From: Daphnia carinata
Taxonomy: Eukaryota
Length of the DNA: 64,000 nucleotides
Assembly (NCBI RefSeq): GCF_022539665.2
Contig: NC_081333.1
Coordinates: forward strand, 11,470,001 to 11,534,000
Direction of reading: 5' to 3'
Shown here: positions 52,068-64,000 of the stretch, piece by piece
How the letters are laid out: each line of letters starts with the position of its first letter
How positions within the stretch are numbered: position 1 is the first letter of the stretch
The notes under the pieces: generated by a model
Told to the model about the DNA's origin: nothing
Databases searched by the model: none
Seen by the model: only the letters and a program-made list of their open reading frames with translations
Position numbers and translations under genes: made by a program

Positions 52068-52545
52068 AATACGATTGGTATCAATTGATTTTAAGTTGGA
52101 GAGCGTGATTCTTTCTAGTGGGAATTCAAATTAATCAAGAATGAGAACCCAATAGCAGAAGTCTTCAACAATTCGTTAGTTATTTCTCTCTTGCAATCAC
52201 TAACATTGTTGCAGTTTCGTGATAATAAAAATATTAAAGTTAAAAATGTAATGTATGCTTACTAGTTTGTTTACAAATTTATGAAAAAACGAATAAGGGT
52301 TGCCACACCAAAGAAATTGCAATAAATTTTTATCAGTATCACGCAACTGCAACCCTGAGTAACGCACCTTGTACACGCGTCAAACGGAGATTTGACGTCT
52401 TCTGTAGAGTTACACAGTGTGTGTAGCCTGCTTTGTTATTCCCTTGCTATTGTCTAAAAAAGAAACGTAGTTAACTTGTTTTGGTGAACGAATACGAATT
52501 GTGATTTGATTTTCATTTCGATAAAGTAACCAGCAGAACCAAAAA

Positions 52546-52851
52546 ATGGTATTTAAGTATATTGACATTTTATAAAGAGTTTCGATAACCTGTGTTTTAT
52601 GGAATTTATAGATTAGCGTGGAGTCTATGAGTCGTTACGTCTCACCAGTCAACCCTGCCGTTTATCCCCATCTATCAGTTCTGCTGCTGATGATTGGAAC
52701 ATTCTTTACTGCATGGTTCTTCGTATATGAAGTTACAAGCACCAAAATCACCAGGGACCTGTCAAAAGAATTGTTTATTGCATTTGTTGCCTCACTATTC
52801 ATGGGCTTCGGTCTGCTGTTTCTAATGCTGTGGGTTGGAATCTATGTCTGA
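52546..52851 (+). CDS. TMEM258: Transmembrane protein 258 (OST complex subunit, UPF0197/kuduk); ATG-only coding exon 52546-52548 plus 52612-52851
   Basis: [55 protein letters not shown] is the family signature. Confidence 0.95.
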
Positions 52852-55009
52852 AATACATGTATCGTATGTTAATACAAAAATTCTTAATTCCAACGAGTGA
52901 CTTGTGTTTGAAGACTATATGTATTAGAATGGTGTTATCACCATCATTCAAAGTTAGCTTGTAAAAAATTCAGAGACATTTGATTTATAAAACTTAAAAA
53001 AATTGTTGTGGTTAAATTTTTAATGACTGCCCAACATCCAGAAGTGCATTGAGAAATTCAGTATAAGTAACGAGAAAATAGTAGAATTCAAAACACAGAT
53101 GAGTTTAAGCCAGATGTAGAACAGAATGCAATTGAAATAACTTCAGTACAACAATAGATTTTCATAACTAATGTTATTCTTAAGGCTTGATTTGGAAGTT
53201 TGAATAATAACATGTAGGTTTTATATATTATGAGTTCCAAACAGTTCAAAGGAAAACTGGAAATTAATTTAACGGACAATTTCTGTCTTTCCGAAATTCA
53301 CCTTTCTTCTGATATGGCAACATTCATGGGTGTCACAAACTTGCGGCTTGGCCACGAGGTGTCAGGTCGACGAAAATAAATGTCCATGCGTTGGTGGGCT
53401 CTCTGATTCTGTCAAAATTTATCAATTTTTTCACAGTTTTCTCGTACGTAACGCTTCAAAAACGTAAGTATTCCATTTTTTAAACAAGTGTTCTTCATTA
53501 AAGTGATACCAGGAGGGTTTTTAGTTCTAGATAAGTTCTGTAAACTGTCATATGAGTGGCCCAGTCTTCTTCGATGCAGCGTAACGTGCAGACGCATGTT
53601 TGAGGGCGCGCCATCTTTGTTTAAAGAATGGTGAACCTTGAAGTACCATCAATGACAACAAGTTAAATAGGACACTAAGCGTTAAAATTTGGTTATTTTC
53701 TATTAAAGTAGCACTTCATAGTTTTTTGTTATTTCCTTTTTTTAACGTATTTTGAAATTCGTTAAAGCACTTCTCACGGCAACACGTCTGTCTTGGCAGT
53801 GCTGTTTTTCCTCCCCCTTGAAGATTCCCCTGTGTCAGAAAATTTTTGGCTAAGGATGATAAGATTTCGACGTGTCATAGAAATTGGTTCCTAGTATGAT
53901 ATAGTGTAATATGTAGAGATTGACTGGCCAACTAAAAAATTGTGATGCTTAGCGATATTCTGCAAATGATAAACTTTGTCATAGCAGTCGACGTTTTTAC
54001 CATTACATCACCAAAGAGGACTGATACACACCTTTTTTAAAAGAAGAAAATATTTTACGGAGGCACTTAGTAGAACATTACGTGAGTTATATTGATGTGA
54101 AATCGAATCCAAAATTCACCCTTGTAGAGAGTGAAAAGAAAAGGCTTGGCTTTGCTCGTCTCTGGCGTTTCACAGTGGTGTAATTGTTAGAGACAGTCTT
54201 AGAAATAGGCACGTGCAATTTTTTTAAACTTCTCTTTTCATCTTTGATGAGTAATAAGATTTAGCTTTTTCCCCGTGTACAGCTTTTGAATACCACGTTT
54301 GTAAGCATAAGTGATATGCAATATTTTTGCTCGTTGCGTCGACGAGGTAGATATCGTTTTCTAAATACTAGAAGTGATAAATGCGTGCCACACATTGACT
54401 CGAAAATTACTTTGGAACAGCGTACTCTGATTATTTAAATATTCCTGCATCATCAGGTCCCATTCCGTAAAATTTTCAGAAAAAAGTGTGAGATGCAGAA
54501 ATATTTGAAATTGTATCAATAGCAATTTTTTGACCAAATGAGCCCAAATAGTCTGTATTTCAAATAAGGGAATCCTACAAGATACGCCTTGAAAACCCTT
54601 AAATATTTTAGCTTCGAGCTCTTTAAAGGTAGGTCGAGTAAATGGCCTAGTTTCTTGAAAGGTAAATCTTTATTCTCATAGGCTTACATTGTGTGAAAAG
54701 GGGACTGCCTGCTTTTTGCCCCATAGGGAGGCTGGGGGTGGAAAAAGTTGTTGTGATTTTTTCTTCTAAATACTTGTACTTGCCATTTGTATCACGTCGT
54801 GCCTCAATCAAAGAACATTTGTAGTCATCTGTGGTTGTTTGCTTATTACTAAGAATGCATACGTCTCGTCAGTTATTATTTTAGTCAGCAGCAAAATAAA
54901 TACAGATTGCATCCTGAAGTTCTTTACTAATATTCTCTCTTAATGCTTTTTGCAGACTTACTTTTTTGTGACTATCCGACAACTATAGATATTTGCTAAG
55001 GACCGAAAG

Positions 55010-58000
55010 ATGGTCCGGCCCTGTTGCATATGTGGCATCAAGAAGACCAGCGAAGCCGCCTCAAAAGGAATCCGATTTTTCAAGTAATTAGTTTCTCTGA
55101 CTTTGAATTCCATTCTGTGTTCATTGCTTAAAGTAAATGTTTTCCCCTAGGTTCCCAAGTGTCAAAAGTGAATCGCATTCAATTTGGATCAAGACTATTC
55201 GTCATCACTCAAAAAAATTATCACGTCCATTCACTCCTAGGAGAAATTCAATAGTATGTACCAATCATTTTGAGAATACCTGTTTTACCCGTGGCAAAAG
55301 GAAGTTGCAACTTAAACAAGGCTCGATTCCTACAATTTTCAATTTTGACGATTCGACAAAAGAGGTATTCGATCAATTATTGGAGGATCACGGATTCATG
55401 AATAACACATCTCCGACTCCTGAATTGTTTATAGCTTGCTTCCGTTCCATGTGATTCGAAGCCGAAAGAAGTCGAAGAAAAGGAAGGCAATACTGAGCAG
55501 AATGTTAATTCTTCAGCCATGGGAGATTATGCCTCTGATGGGTCTTCTTCATTATCACCCCCTGTACTGCTTCCCTTGCAAGAACTCAACTCAGATTTTG
55601 AGGAAACTATCGAAGATCCACCTGATCTAGAGTTATATGACATCAGCCGTGGTATGTTATTATTTTTTGGTGTAACCGATATTTTCTTTTAACATAGTAT
55701 TATTTTCCTTCAGGCTATGATGATAGTGGAGGACTGACAAGTTTTGCTGACTTGGACATGATTAAAATGGATCATATTGGAAGTGTTGCAGATATCTTAG
55801 GACCTGATCCATACATGCAAGATGAAAGTATTACCATGGACGAGCGGGTAGATTCCAGTGTAGGGGAAGAAAGGGATGAAGTGGATGGCCAGACCATTTT
55901 GTCGTTTGCCAGCGTTGAGGAAATGCAAGAATTCGCTCATCGACAAACCAGCAGCAGATTAACGAAAACGAACGATTTTAGGCAAATCAAGGGCTGGAGG
56001 AACAAGTTTCATCAAATTACACCTTCGCTGTCACCATCTCCTTGCTCATCCCCATTTTATCTTCATGGCAATTCTGTCGTTTTTACGGAGAATTCTAAGT
56101 CTCCAACCCCCACAGTCTTCTCCAGCTCCACTGTAGCCCTTCGCTCTTCCCTTCAAACTGAAAATGAAAAACAAGAGGCTACATGTGAAGATATTAAAGC
56201 TGGCAGTGCTCTACCTACTAATCAACATAAAGAGACCTCTATGGAATCAGATGAAACAGTTGAATCGCTGAAGGAAAACACTGCGCCATCGGAAGAAACG
56301 TTTCAACATTCAAAAGAGCCAGTCAAACAATCAGAAGAGACTACTGAAATAGCAGACGAGATGATGGAATCATCAGAAGAATCGGCAGGAGTTTATCCTG
56401 AACTCGGGTTAGACGGTTCAATTTCATCTGAATATGCCGAGTATGCAGCATCAGCTCTCAATTTCCCTTATGTGGAAAAACTGCGCAAGACAGCAAAGAA
56501 AGTAATCGACATTTCTGATGCCAGTCATACAACTGCTCCCGTACCAAAAATTTCACCAAAAGTTGCAAAGAAACAACCTGTCACAAAGGGTGCTCAAGAG
56601 TTGCCTAGTGTGGAAATCGATGAAATTCCTAGTGGTGATCTGGTAGTTTGCGAAGATTTAATGGATGATGTTGTCGTACAAGAAGATGAATACGTAGAAG
56701 TCTACGGTAAAATTTGTCGTTTTATATGCCTGTATTGCAAAATAACCAATTTTTTCCTGTTAAACAGGTGTACCTGGAAATTTGGAACTCCCCGTTGTTG
56801 AATGTGGCAAGCTCTTCTGTCGACTAGGCTGCGTCTGTGACACACTGACGAAAACCAAAAATCAGTTAAAAGCTCCGCTAGAGCATTGTGCTTTACCCGA
56901 ATGCATGTTGCAATGTGTTTGTGGCTTTCAGGAGGGGAAACCTTCAAGTCGCAAATGCTTCGCTTCGTTACTTAAAGGCAATGAATCGTTTTACAGCAAG
57001 ATCAATTGGTCAGGTGAACGTCGAAGACGTGAGAGAAGGATACCTGAGCGTTTCTCGGAGTTCCATCTTGGGAATGAATCATCTTCGTCTACTTCATACC
57101 ATGGCCGATCGCCAGAAGAATTCAAGCCCAGTGAAGCAAAGAGCAAAAACGGTGGTCATCAGCGAGCCGGAAACATTAATTCACTGCGCCCGTCTTCTAT
57201 TTTGAAGACTGGCTGTCCCCCACAGCAACGTTTGATGCCCCAAGACATGAGTGTTGAGGATTCCATTCCGTCTCCATCATCAAGTAGAAAATGGGAACCT
57301 TTCCGCGTAAAAGTTTGCGCCGACGATATCAAGTTGCTACGCTGGGATAGTTTCGTCAGCCTCTCGAAGGTTTACGTAGCGCCTGATCATGATATTTTCT
57401 GCATGGAACATTCAGTGTACGGTTGTCCATGTATCGAAACTGATCGAAGAATCATTCGAATCGCCTCAAAATACGTACCCTTACCACTTATTGATACCAC
57501 CAGAAATGCGGATAACAGGTCACCGCATTCGGCGAATGGTGCCAAGAAAGCGAAGGCTAAGGCTGTTGCTAGTAGCCCGCCATCTAAAAACGTTGCCAAA
57601 AAGCATACGCATCCTAATATGAGATTGGCCAATAAATCAAGAACTTTGCCAACGGAAGAAAATGTAACTCCGCCTCAAGAGCCAATCGCCAAAACGTCTT
57701 CGCTGTCGAAAATGCGCAAGCTTCTGAATGACGAGCGTTTTCAGCTGCAGAAGCTAATGACGGACGAAAAAACACGGGCATTTGACGAGGAAGTCGACTT
57801 GACCGTTCGTCAAGGCCAAACTGTTCAGCTGGTTGCTTGGATTCGTTTCCACCGCATCTATCACGCTGGGCGTATACACATCCGCTTCCTAAGCCGTCGA
57901 GCTGGACCGGTTATCTTAGTGATGCGCCCAACCGAAATTGTAGCAGCCGACATAACATGTGATATCCAAGATATGAAGGGCAATGATAATTCCCCGGAAA

Positions 58001-61000
58001 TTGTGAAGGAGTTACTTGATCCATGTATCTCGCCTGACGAAACCTCCCGCTATGCGTTCCTTCTTTGTGACGGAGTTAAATGGGAATTGGTAGGTTGTCT
58101 TACGCTGAAAGCTCCAGATTCACCTAACCCACCTGCAGCTCCAGCTTCATCGGATACGGAACAGTCATCAGAATTACGTAAATCTCTACCATCTCATCAA
58201 CAGCCGATCGCCAAAAAGGTGCCAGCAGCTGCATTTTCAGAAGGCCCTGATACTCAGCAGCAACGAAATGCAGCTAGTCTGAAATGTGCCCCAGAGTTTC
58301 CAGTTAAAAGCAGAGAAGGCGTTTACCCTCCCACTACCGTCTCTGTTCCTAGCCTCTTAGTCAAGCCTACGTCTGTGGAACGCATCAACGCCATGGAACA
58401 GCGTCGTATGCAGTTGGAAGAAAGGCTAAACCAAATCAAATCGAAACTCATGGTACCACCAGCAAAGCAAATCGTCAGTTCGAAATCATTGAAAAACAGA
58501 AATCGTACTTCTACATGTCCGAATCAGCGTTCAGTCCCGACCGTTGATCAGCTAGTCATGCCCGAGGAATTTCCATCGCATTCACTTCCACAGTCCGGTC
58601 CCTCGGCTCAGGAAGCTCCAAAAACTGCCCGACGTTCGAAGCGCAAACCGGATATGGCTTATCTTATTCCCGATCAGTGTATTTTGCCTGATGATATGCC
58701 AATCATTGGTCTCACTGAAGAACAAACTGAAATGGAAGTCAAAGGCCATCGTCAGAATTTACCTGATTTGTTAATCGATCAAGTTATCAAGGAGCCTACA
58801 AGATCCATGTATCCAGCAGCGGAAAAGCTCGCAATGTTTTCTCGGCTCATCCGAAATGGCGGTGATCCCTTTTTCAGTGGTGCCAACTATTCGAGTTTCG
58901 AAGATACGTCTAGTTTTGCTTCTGAATTCGTTCGTTCGTCTACGAAGCGTCAACCAGCGAAAACTGAACGACGTCCTCGCTCTCCACCTGTCGTCTCCGC
59001 CGCCATACCTCCACCACCAAATGATTTGCCTAAACCAAACACACGGCCATCAGAAGTAACCCTACTAAAACTTCAGCCAATTGGCTCGTCACTGCCGAAC
59101 GGCGTTACCGGGCAGAACCCGATACGGCGAATCCGCATCCTAACGCCGCATTCAGCAATGAATGGAACTAGTGGAAATAGTCTCATTCCAGTATTGACCT
59201 CTCGTAACGGCATCGAACCTAATGTCATTCAGCAACAGCGGATGCATTGGAGTAGTAAAGGAGTGAAGCCACCAGTCAGCTCAAAATCTTTGACTGGCCC
59301 TATACCCTCTATATCGGAGTCGTTTATGTCCGTTTTGGCAGTTCCTCCCGCAGTTGCACCGACCACGTCAAGTAAATCGACTGGATGCAGTGCGGACGCC
59401 AATCGCAGTACTCAGCCTGCCAACAGTAAACCAAATCAAGTCGCAACGACACACACCGTCAATTCCAGTTTGATGGCCTCTGATCAGAAAACTCAGTTTT
59501 CGACGAAAGCAAGCTCAAATGTGATTCCAGATTGGTCAACTCAGCTATTGATGAAAGCCAGCGCAACTGCAGCCAATGCAGATTCATCCCGAGCTGGAAA
59601 ACCACTGCAACAACATTCAGACGCAGAGTCGATTCCGTCGTCGGATAATAATGCAGAACCGCCAAAAGAGACAGCATCATCATCATCTGAAAGTGTTTTC
59701 CCAAAAATAGTCACTGCCGAGGTCAGTACTGTTAAATCGTCGTCTGGAACTGCAACGCGAAGCCTAAAAATCATTTTGGAAGTTATGGAGGGAGAAAACC
59801 GAGATCTCTGCCCAACTCGGGCAAGTATGCTCTTGCCGTTGCATAACATCAACGATCAATGGTGCCTCGTTGCTATCGATCATGTCCCGGATAGTGGCTT
59901 TCAAGTTCCTGGCCTGACTGTGTTTATACCGCGTGACGTGTTAGGGCGCGCAGCCTCCACGGCAATTGAACGCAAAGCTCGAGTCTCTTTCCCACTGCAC
60001 TTCCAGCTGAAAAATGTTGGCTCCGTGTTCAAGAAAGGTTTTGGAGTTTATGGAACACCGCAACTTCCTCGTCACGTTTTTCTCGGCCCGTTTCCTTTTA
60101 ATTATTTGGAAAACTGTACACCTTTTGCGATGCAACACAACAACCTTTGCATGTTCCTCATCAAGTTGACCAAACCTATACCGTCCGATTCCGGTTGTGC
60201 CAATGAGCAGAATCACGTAACGCGAACGAACAAAGAACAGACTGAAGAAGTATTGTTGTCGACTTCGATAGAGACATCAGACAAAGTTGTCGAAGCCCCA
60301 CCTGAATCCAAGGCAAACGGAGATGCTTGTACAACGGTGCTCGCTGATGGAGATGAAAAGCCCAAATATTTCTCGATCACATCTTCCCCTCAAGGTGATA
60401 AAGTTTCTGCTGTGGCAACTGGTGCCAGTGCGAGTAAAACTGCCACGGCAGCCGATCGGAACATTGAAAATGTGGATTCGGGATTATTGGAAAATGAGAG
60501 GAAAGAGTGCTCAAAGGACTCAGAGAGCGACGGACTAGAAATAATCAACGAGAAGGTTAATCTGAATTCTGAACTCCGAATGGGATCTGCCAATGCCAGT
60601 GTGCCGCTTCAGCCCATGGATGGGAGACCGAAAAGGATGTTCGTCGCTCGTACACCTGGCCTACCTCCTACGAATATTAAATTGTTTTCTGAAAGTTCGG
60701 TAGTAGTGGATCACCCTTTCTTACGTGGAGAAAAGGAGACGTTCACCTCCATTGATGAGGCAAAAACTTGGCTGCAGACTCTGGCTATCCGCCAGTGCAA
60801 GGACAAAGGATCCAGTGTCAGTGGGAGCGATAAATCAAAAACAAGCAATTCAGCCGATGATTCCTTGGCAAATTCCGAGTTCACCGAAGACGAAGAAATC
60901 GACGTTTGCGGTCAGACTACGGGAGAATCACGTGAGCAGGAAGAAACGGTGGACTCGGGATCGACCACGTCCAGAAGCCCTAAACGTATTCGGCGCTTGA

Positions 61001-61841
61001 CAGAGAAAGCCAGAATTTTAGCTGCAAACAAATCGAAATCAAGTCGAAGTAGCACGGCAACCAGTAACGTAGTGAAGCGGTCTTACAGCAAGCAGTCTTC
61101 GTCGCGGATGGTGTCATCGCGCAGCACCGTTCAACGAATGTTGCACATTCAAAAAGAACAAGTAAAATTATTTAATTTTAAATAATATTTAAACAGTTCT
61201 AATGCCCTTATGTTTCAGGAGCGAAGAGGATTGTTGGGCAAACTTATTCGCGATCTCGACGCTTTGTGTGCACCAGACAGCGGAACTAGAGCTAAAATAG
61301 TTGTCTTGAAAAATGTTAGTACTGAGTTGAGTTCTTCTCTTCTGGAGTTATTTCTTTCTAAATTCTGGTTGGCATAATATTTAAATTCATTTACTTTTGT
61401 TTTAGGCCACAACCACAGTCAAACATTTGGAGCAACAAGCGAAAGAACTGGAAAGCACTTACCAAGCATTAAAACTACATCGTACTGCTCTTCTTACACA
61501 ACGAGAGAAAATATTTTCAGGTAATATTTGTTCTTCAGTTTATGTCGGCGCGTATGCTGTGAGATTTATAGTAGCTTCAATGTTTCTTTGATATTATAGA
61601 GTTGCCCTCCGAGGTCAGCCAAATTTTCAACTGCCTCATGGAATCAGTGGCATTGCCGTCGCGGCATTTAACTATTGCGGTGAGTGATCGTTCTAAGCGA
61701 AATCGACTACCTTCTCCTCAGCTTAGTGACCAACTTAATCGTGGTCGCGTTGCAGTCGTAGTACCTAACAGCGCTCTATTAAGTGAATTCGTTAATCGTC
61801 CTACAACGCAACACTATGTCTTGACAGGGGTAGAATTGTAA
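55010..61841 (+). CDS. Large MGA-like transcription factor: N-terminal THAP zinc finger, MGA conserved Cys-rich domain, C-terminal bHLH-Zip; last exon boundary uncertain
   Basis: THAP C-x2-C..FFK|FP..W..VCTNHF..LKQGSIPTIF; CGKLFCRLGCVCDTL..HCALPECMLQCVC; FCMEHSVYGCPC; EEIDV; LHIQKEQ|ERRGLLGKLIRDL..AKIVVLKN|ATTTVKHLEQQAKELESTYQALK. Confidence 0.8.
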
Positions 61842-62060
61842 GCGAAAAAGACCAGGGAATGCCAACAGCAGTCCTTTTTAGTTCTTAGAAATTACTTTTT
61901 CCTTTTGACTTTTTTTTTCAACACTATGTACTACTCGTAGTCGTGTGGTTCCTTTACTTTTTCAAATTAAAATTTGCTTGCTTCTTTACATGAAAAATGT
62001 GATCATCAGGTCAAAAAGTTCACAAATAAAATTCTGTTTGTATTTGTTAAGATGCATTTT

Positions 62061-62158
62061 CACACAAGCCATTTCTTACATCTATGGAAATTCTCCCAGA
62101 AAGGGTTTGATATTACCATTTCATTTTGCTCAACAACTTAAGCAGGAATTGGCTGTGC
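62061..62158 (-). promoter_or_regulatory. SECIS element (type II) in the SelK 3' UTR
   Basis: ATGAA (62124-62120), stem ATGGTAATATC, AAA, mini-stem CCC-TTTCT-GGG, GAATTTCCAT, AGAT; lower stem GCACAGCC/GGCTTGTGT. Confidence 0.85.
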
Positions 62159-62199
62159 GGAAGTAGTCAGACCTATAATTTTTCAATCATGGTCAAACT

Positions 62200-62667
62200 T
62201 TAACCTCATCCTCCTCCAGCTCCACAAGGAGGTGCAGCTACTCCACTTACATTTCCTGGCCTTCCTATACGTCTTTGAGACCTCCCACTATTGCAAATTG
62301 GCAATATATAAAAAATTATAAGGATAGATCTCTTCGTAGTCTTTAGTATTTATGCAGTTACCTTGATCCAGGTGCGCCATACTGTGTAACATATCTACTG
62401 CCTCTTCGATTTGATGCAGGACTTATAAGGGTCTGGAAACTGGTGTAAAACAAGCTCTGTAACATAATTACTGTGCATGATTTTTAAAGGGAAAACTTAC
62501 AAGAGTAGAACACCATCTACAAAATTCCAGAATGTTCTTTTGACTTTCTGGATTGACCAACCATCATTTTGGACTACTTGTCCACCTGGAAAAGATAAAA
62601 ACATGCTATTATTTAGCTTGCACATAAATCAGAGGGTAGAAAACATACCTGCTGATATGTAAACCAT
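62200..62667 (-). CDS. SELENOK: Selenoprotein K, 89 aa with penultimate Sec; exons 62667-62649, 62585-62501, 62439-62362, 62287-62200
   Basis: MVYISAGGQV..WSI..FWNFVDGVLLFFQTLISP..RRIGR..PPCGAGGG-TGA-GGT-TAA; in-frame TGA at 62206-62208 with a SECIS downstream; not in the ORF track. Confidence 0.93.
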
Positions 62668-62952
62668 ATTTATGTAAGTTATAGTTTTGATTTGAAGCTA
62701 AACAACCAACTTCATAACGGAGAAGGTCAATCACAACTCCACCCGTTCTGTGTCAATTTCTTCCGTCGACTGCTCCAACATGTCTTGCGTCAAACAAAAT
62801 TTCACTACAAAAACAAATACCGTGCCCTCTTGTGTCTGCTCGCTGTACTTGCATCTGATTTAAGTATGTCAGAATATTGCCAACTGACGAAAAAACGAAA
62901 AAACAATCCATAGGCCCATCAGAGTATTTCGTCCAATTCAAGTAAGAACAAA

Positions 62953-63970
62953 CTATTTTATTTGCAAGGAATTTAATGCTATAATCAAATCTTCTGGGGT
63001 CGGTTTGTTACAAATTCGGCTAACCCCGACTTTGGCCTCTTCCAGTGCATGGGCTGTCGTATTTCCAATACTTATGTTCTAAAAAAGAAAACAAAAAAGC
63101 TTAATTTATCCTCTTAGGTTCATGAAACATATACGTAACTACGCACTTTGGCATTAGCAATCAATCCACATTCTTTCAGGTGCGGTAAACTAAAACTTAC
63201 ACCGGATGGGCTGAAGAAAACTAGATAGTCAGGTTTCTAAAAATGATACTTTAATGTACCTAATTTTTTTTTTTTTTTTTCTGCTTGTACCTTTTGACAA
63301 AGTTGCATGACAAAATCTCGTAGTTGAGGATGTGGCACTGTCATATAGCTGTTTACAATGTCAAAGGGGACATTATGTTCTGCAAGTGTCCGCGGAAGCG
63401 TATCCAACTTCAAGCTACTACAAGGGAATAGCAGCGGAAGTGGAATGCAACCCTTCTGAAAATCTGTGTTTAAAGCTCTATAAAATCTAATACTTGTGTT
63501 AAATAACCCTGGCCGTACCTTCTACTATTAATGAACTGAGATTAACGGCATTCCCACAAGTTTGTCCAACCAAATTCTTCAGACCAAGAAGGTTGATAGC
63601 TGTTTCCCCGGTTTTTATGCCGACACAGTAATGTCGCATTTCCTTCCAAGCACAAGGCAAGTCGGCCATTGCCTGGCTAACGGATTCTGCAGATCTAGGA
63701 CTTGTGAATATAATTCCTATCATTGAAGATATACAGTATAAATAGAGGATACAGCCATGTGGAATTGACATACTAGTCTACACCTGAATATTTATGTGGT
63801 TGTTGTAGACGTTCTCGCAGATTTTCTGTTCGGTACTCGAAGGACAGAGTAGGCACCAAACTTACCGTGAAATTATTCTCTTCCAAAAGTGTTAAATAGC
63901 GGTCGTCGTTTAATGAATTTTCATCCATCGATTTAAATAGAGCAACTATACCTCGTGAACTACCTGCCAT
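62953..63970 (-). CDS. UROS: Uroporphyrinogen-III synthase, multi-exon
   Basis: DRYLTLL..VPTLSFEY..KYSG|IIFTSPRSAES..YCVGIKT..GNAVNLS..LLFPCS..YLVFFSPSGV..SIGNTTAHAL..KPTPEDL (HemD/UROS motifs). Confidence 0.92.
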
Positions 63971-64000
63971 GATTTTCAAGCAATAGTAAGAAGCCTGGAT

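Noticed and set aside
53088..54900. Short ORFs and a GC-richer patch between TMEM258 and the THAP-MGA gene
   Set aside because: No coding or RNA-family signature; most likely promoter and 5' UTR exons of the downstream gene

Overview
Eukaryotic, intron-rich arthropod DNA. The ~60-70 nt introns, compact gene packing and gene content suggest a Daphnia-like crustacean (inference). I assembled the spliced models by hand from GT..AG sites and reading phase. Left half: tRNA-Val(TAC), a D1-like dopamine receptor (Dop1R1) with two candidate first coding exons, three related signal-peptide/single-TM modules of an unrecognised family, and an AT-rich repeat or transposon remnant. Right half is a dense block: AUP1(-), neuralized(-) with two alternative N-termini, RN-tre/USP6NL(+), SLX4(-), an unrecognised 81-aa TM microprotein(-), TMEM258(+), a large THAP + MGA-domain + bHLH-Zip protein(+), selenoprotein K(-) with an in-frame UGA and SECIS, and UROS(-). 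Most notable: the hidden SelK with an extra Cys near Sec; the microprotein that may share a transcript or first exon with SLX4; the THAP-for-T-box MGA architecture; and an orphan TM module that must borrow its start by splicing. No database searches were run, so family calls rest on recalled motifs.
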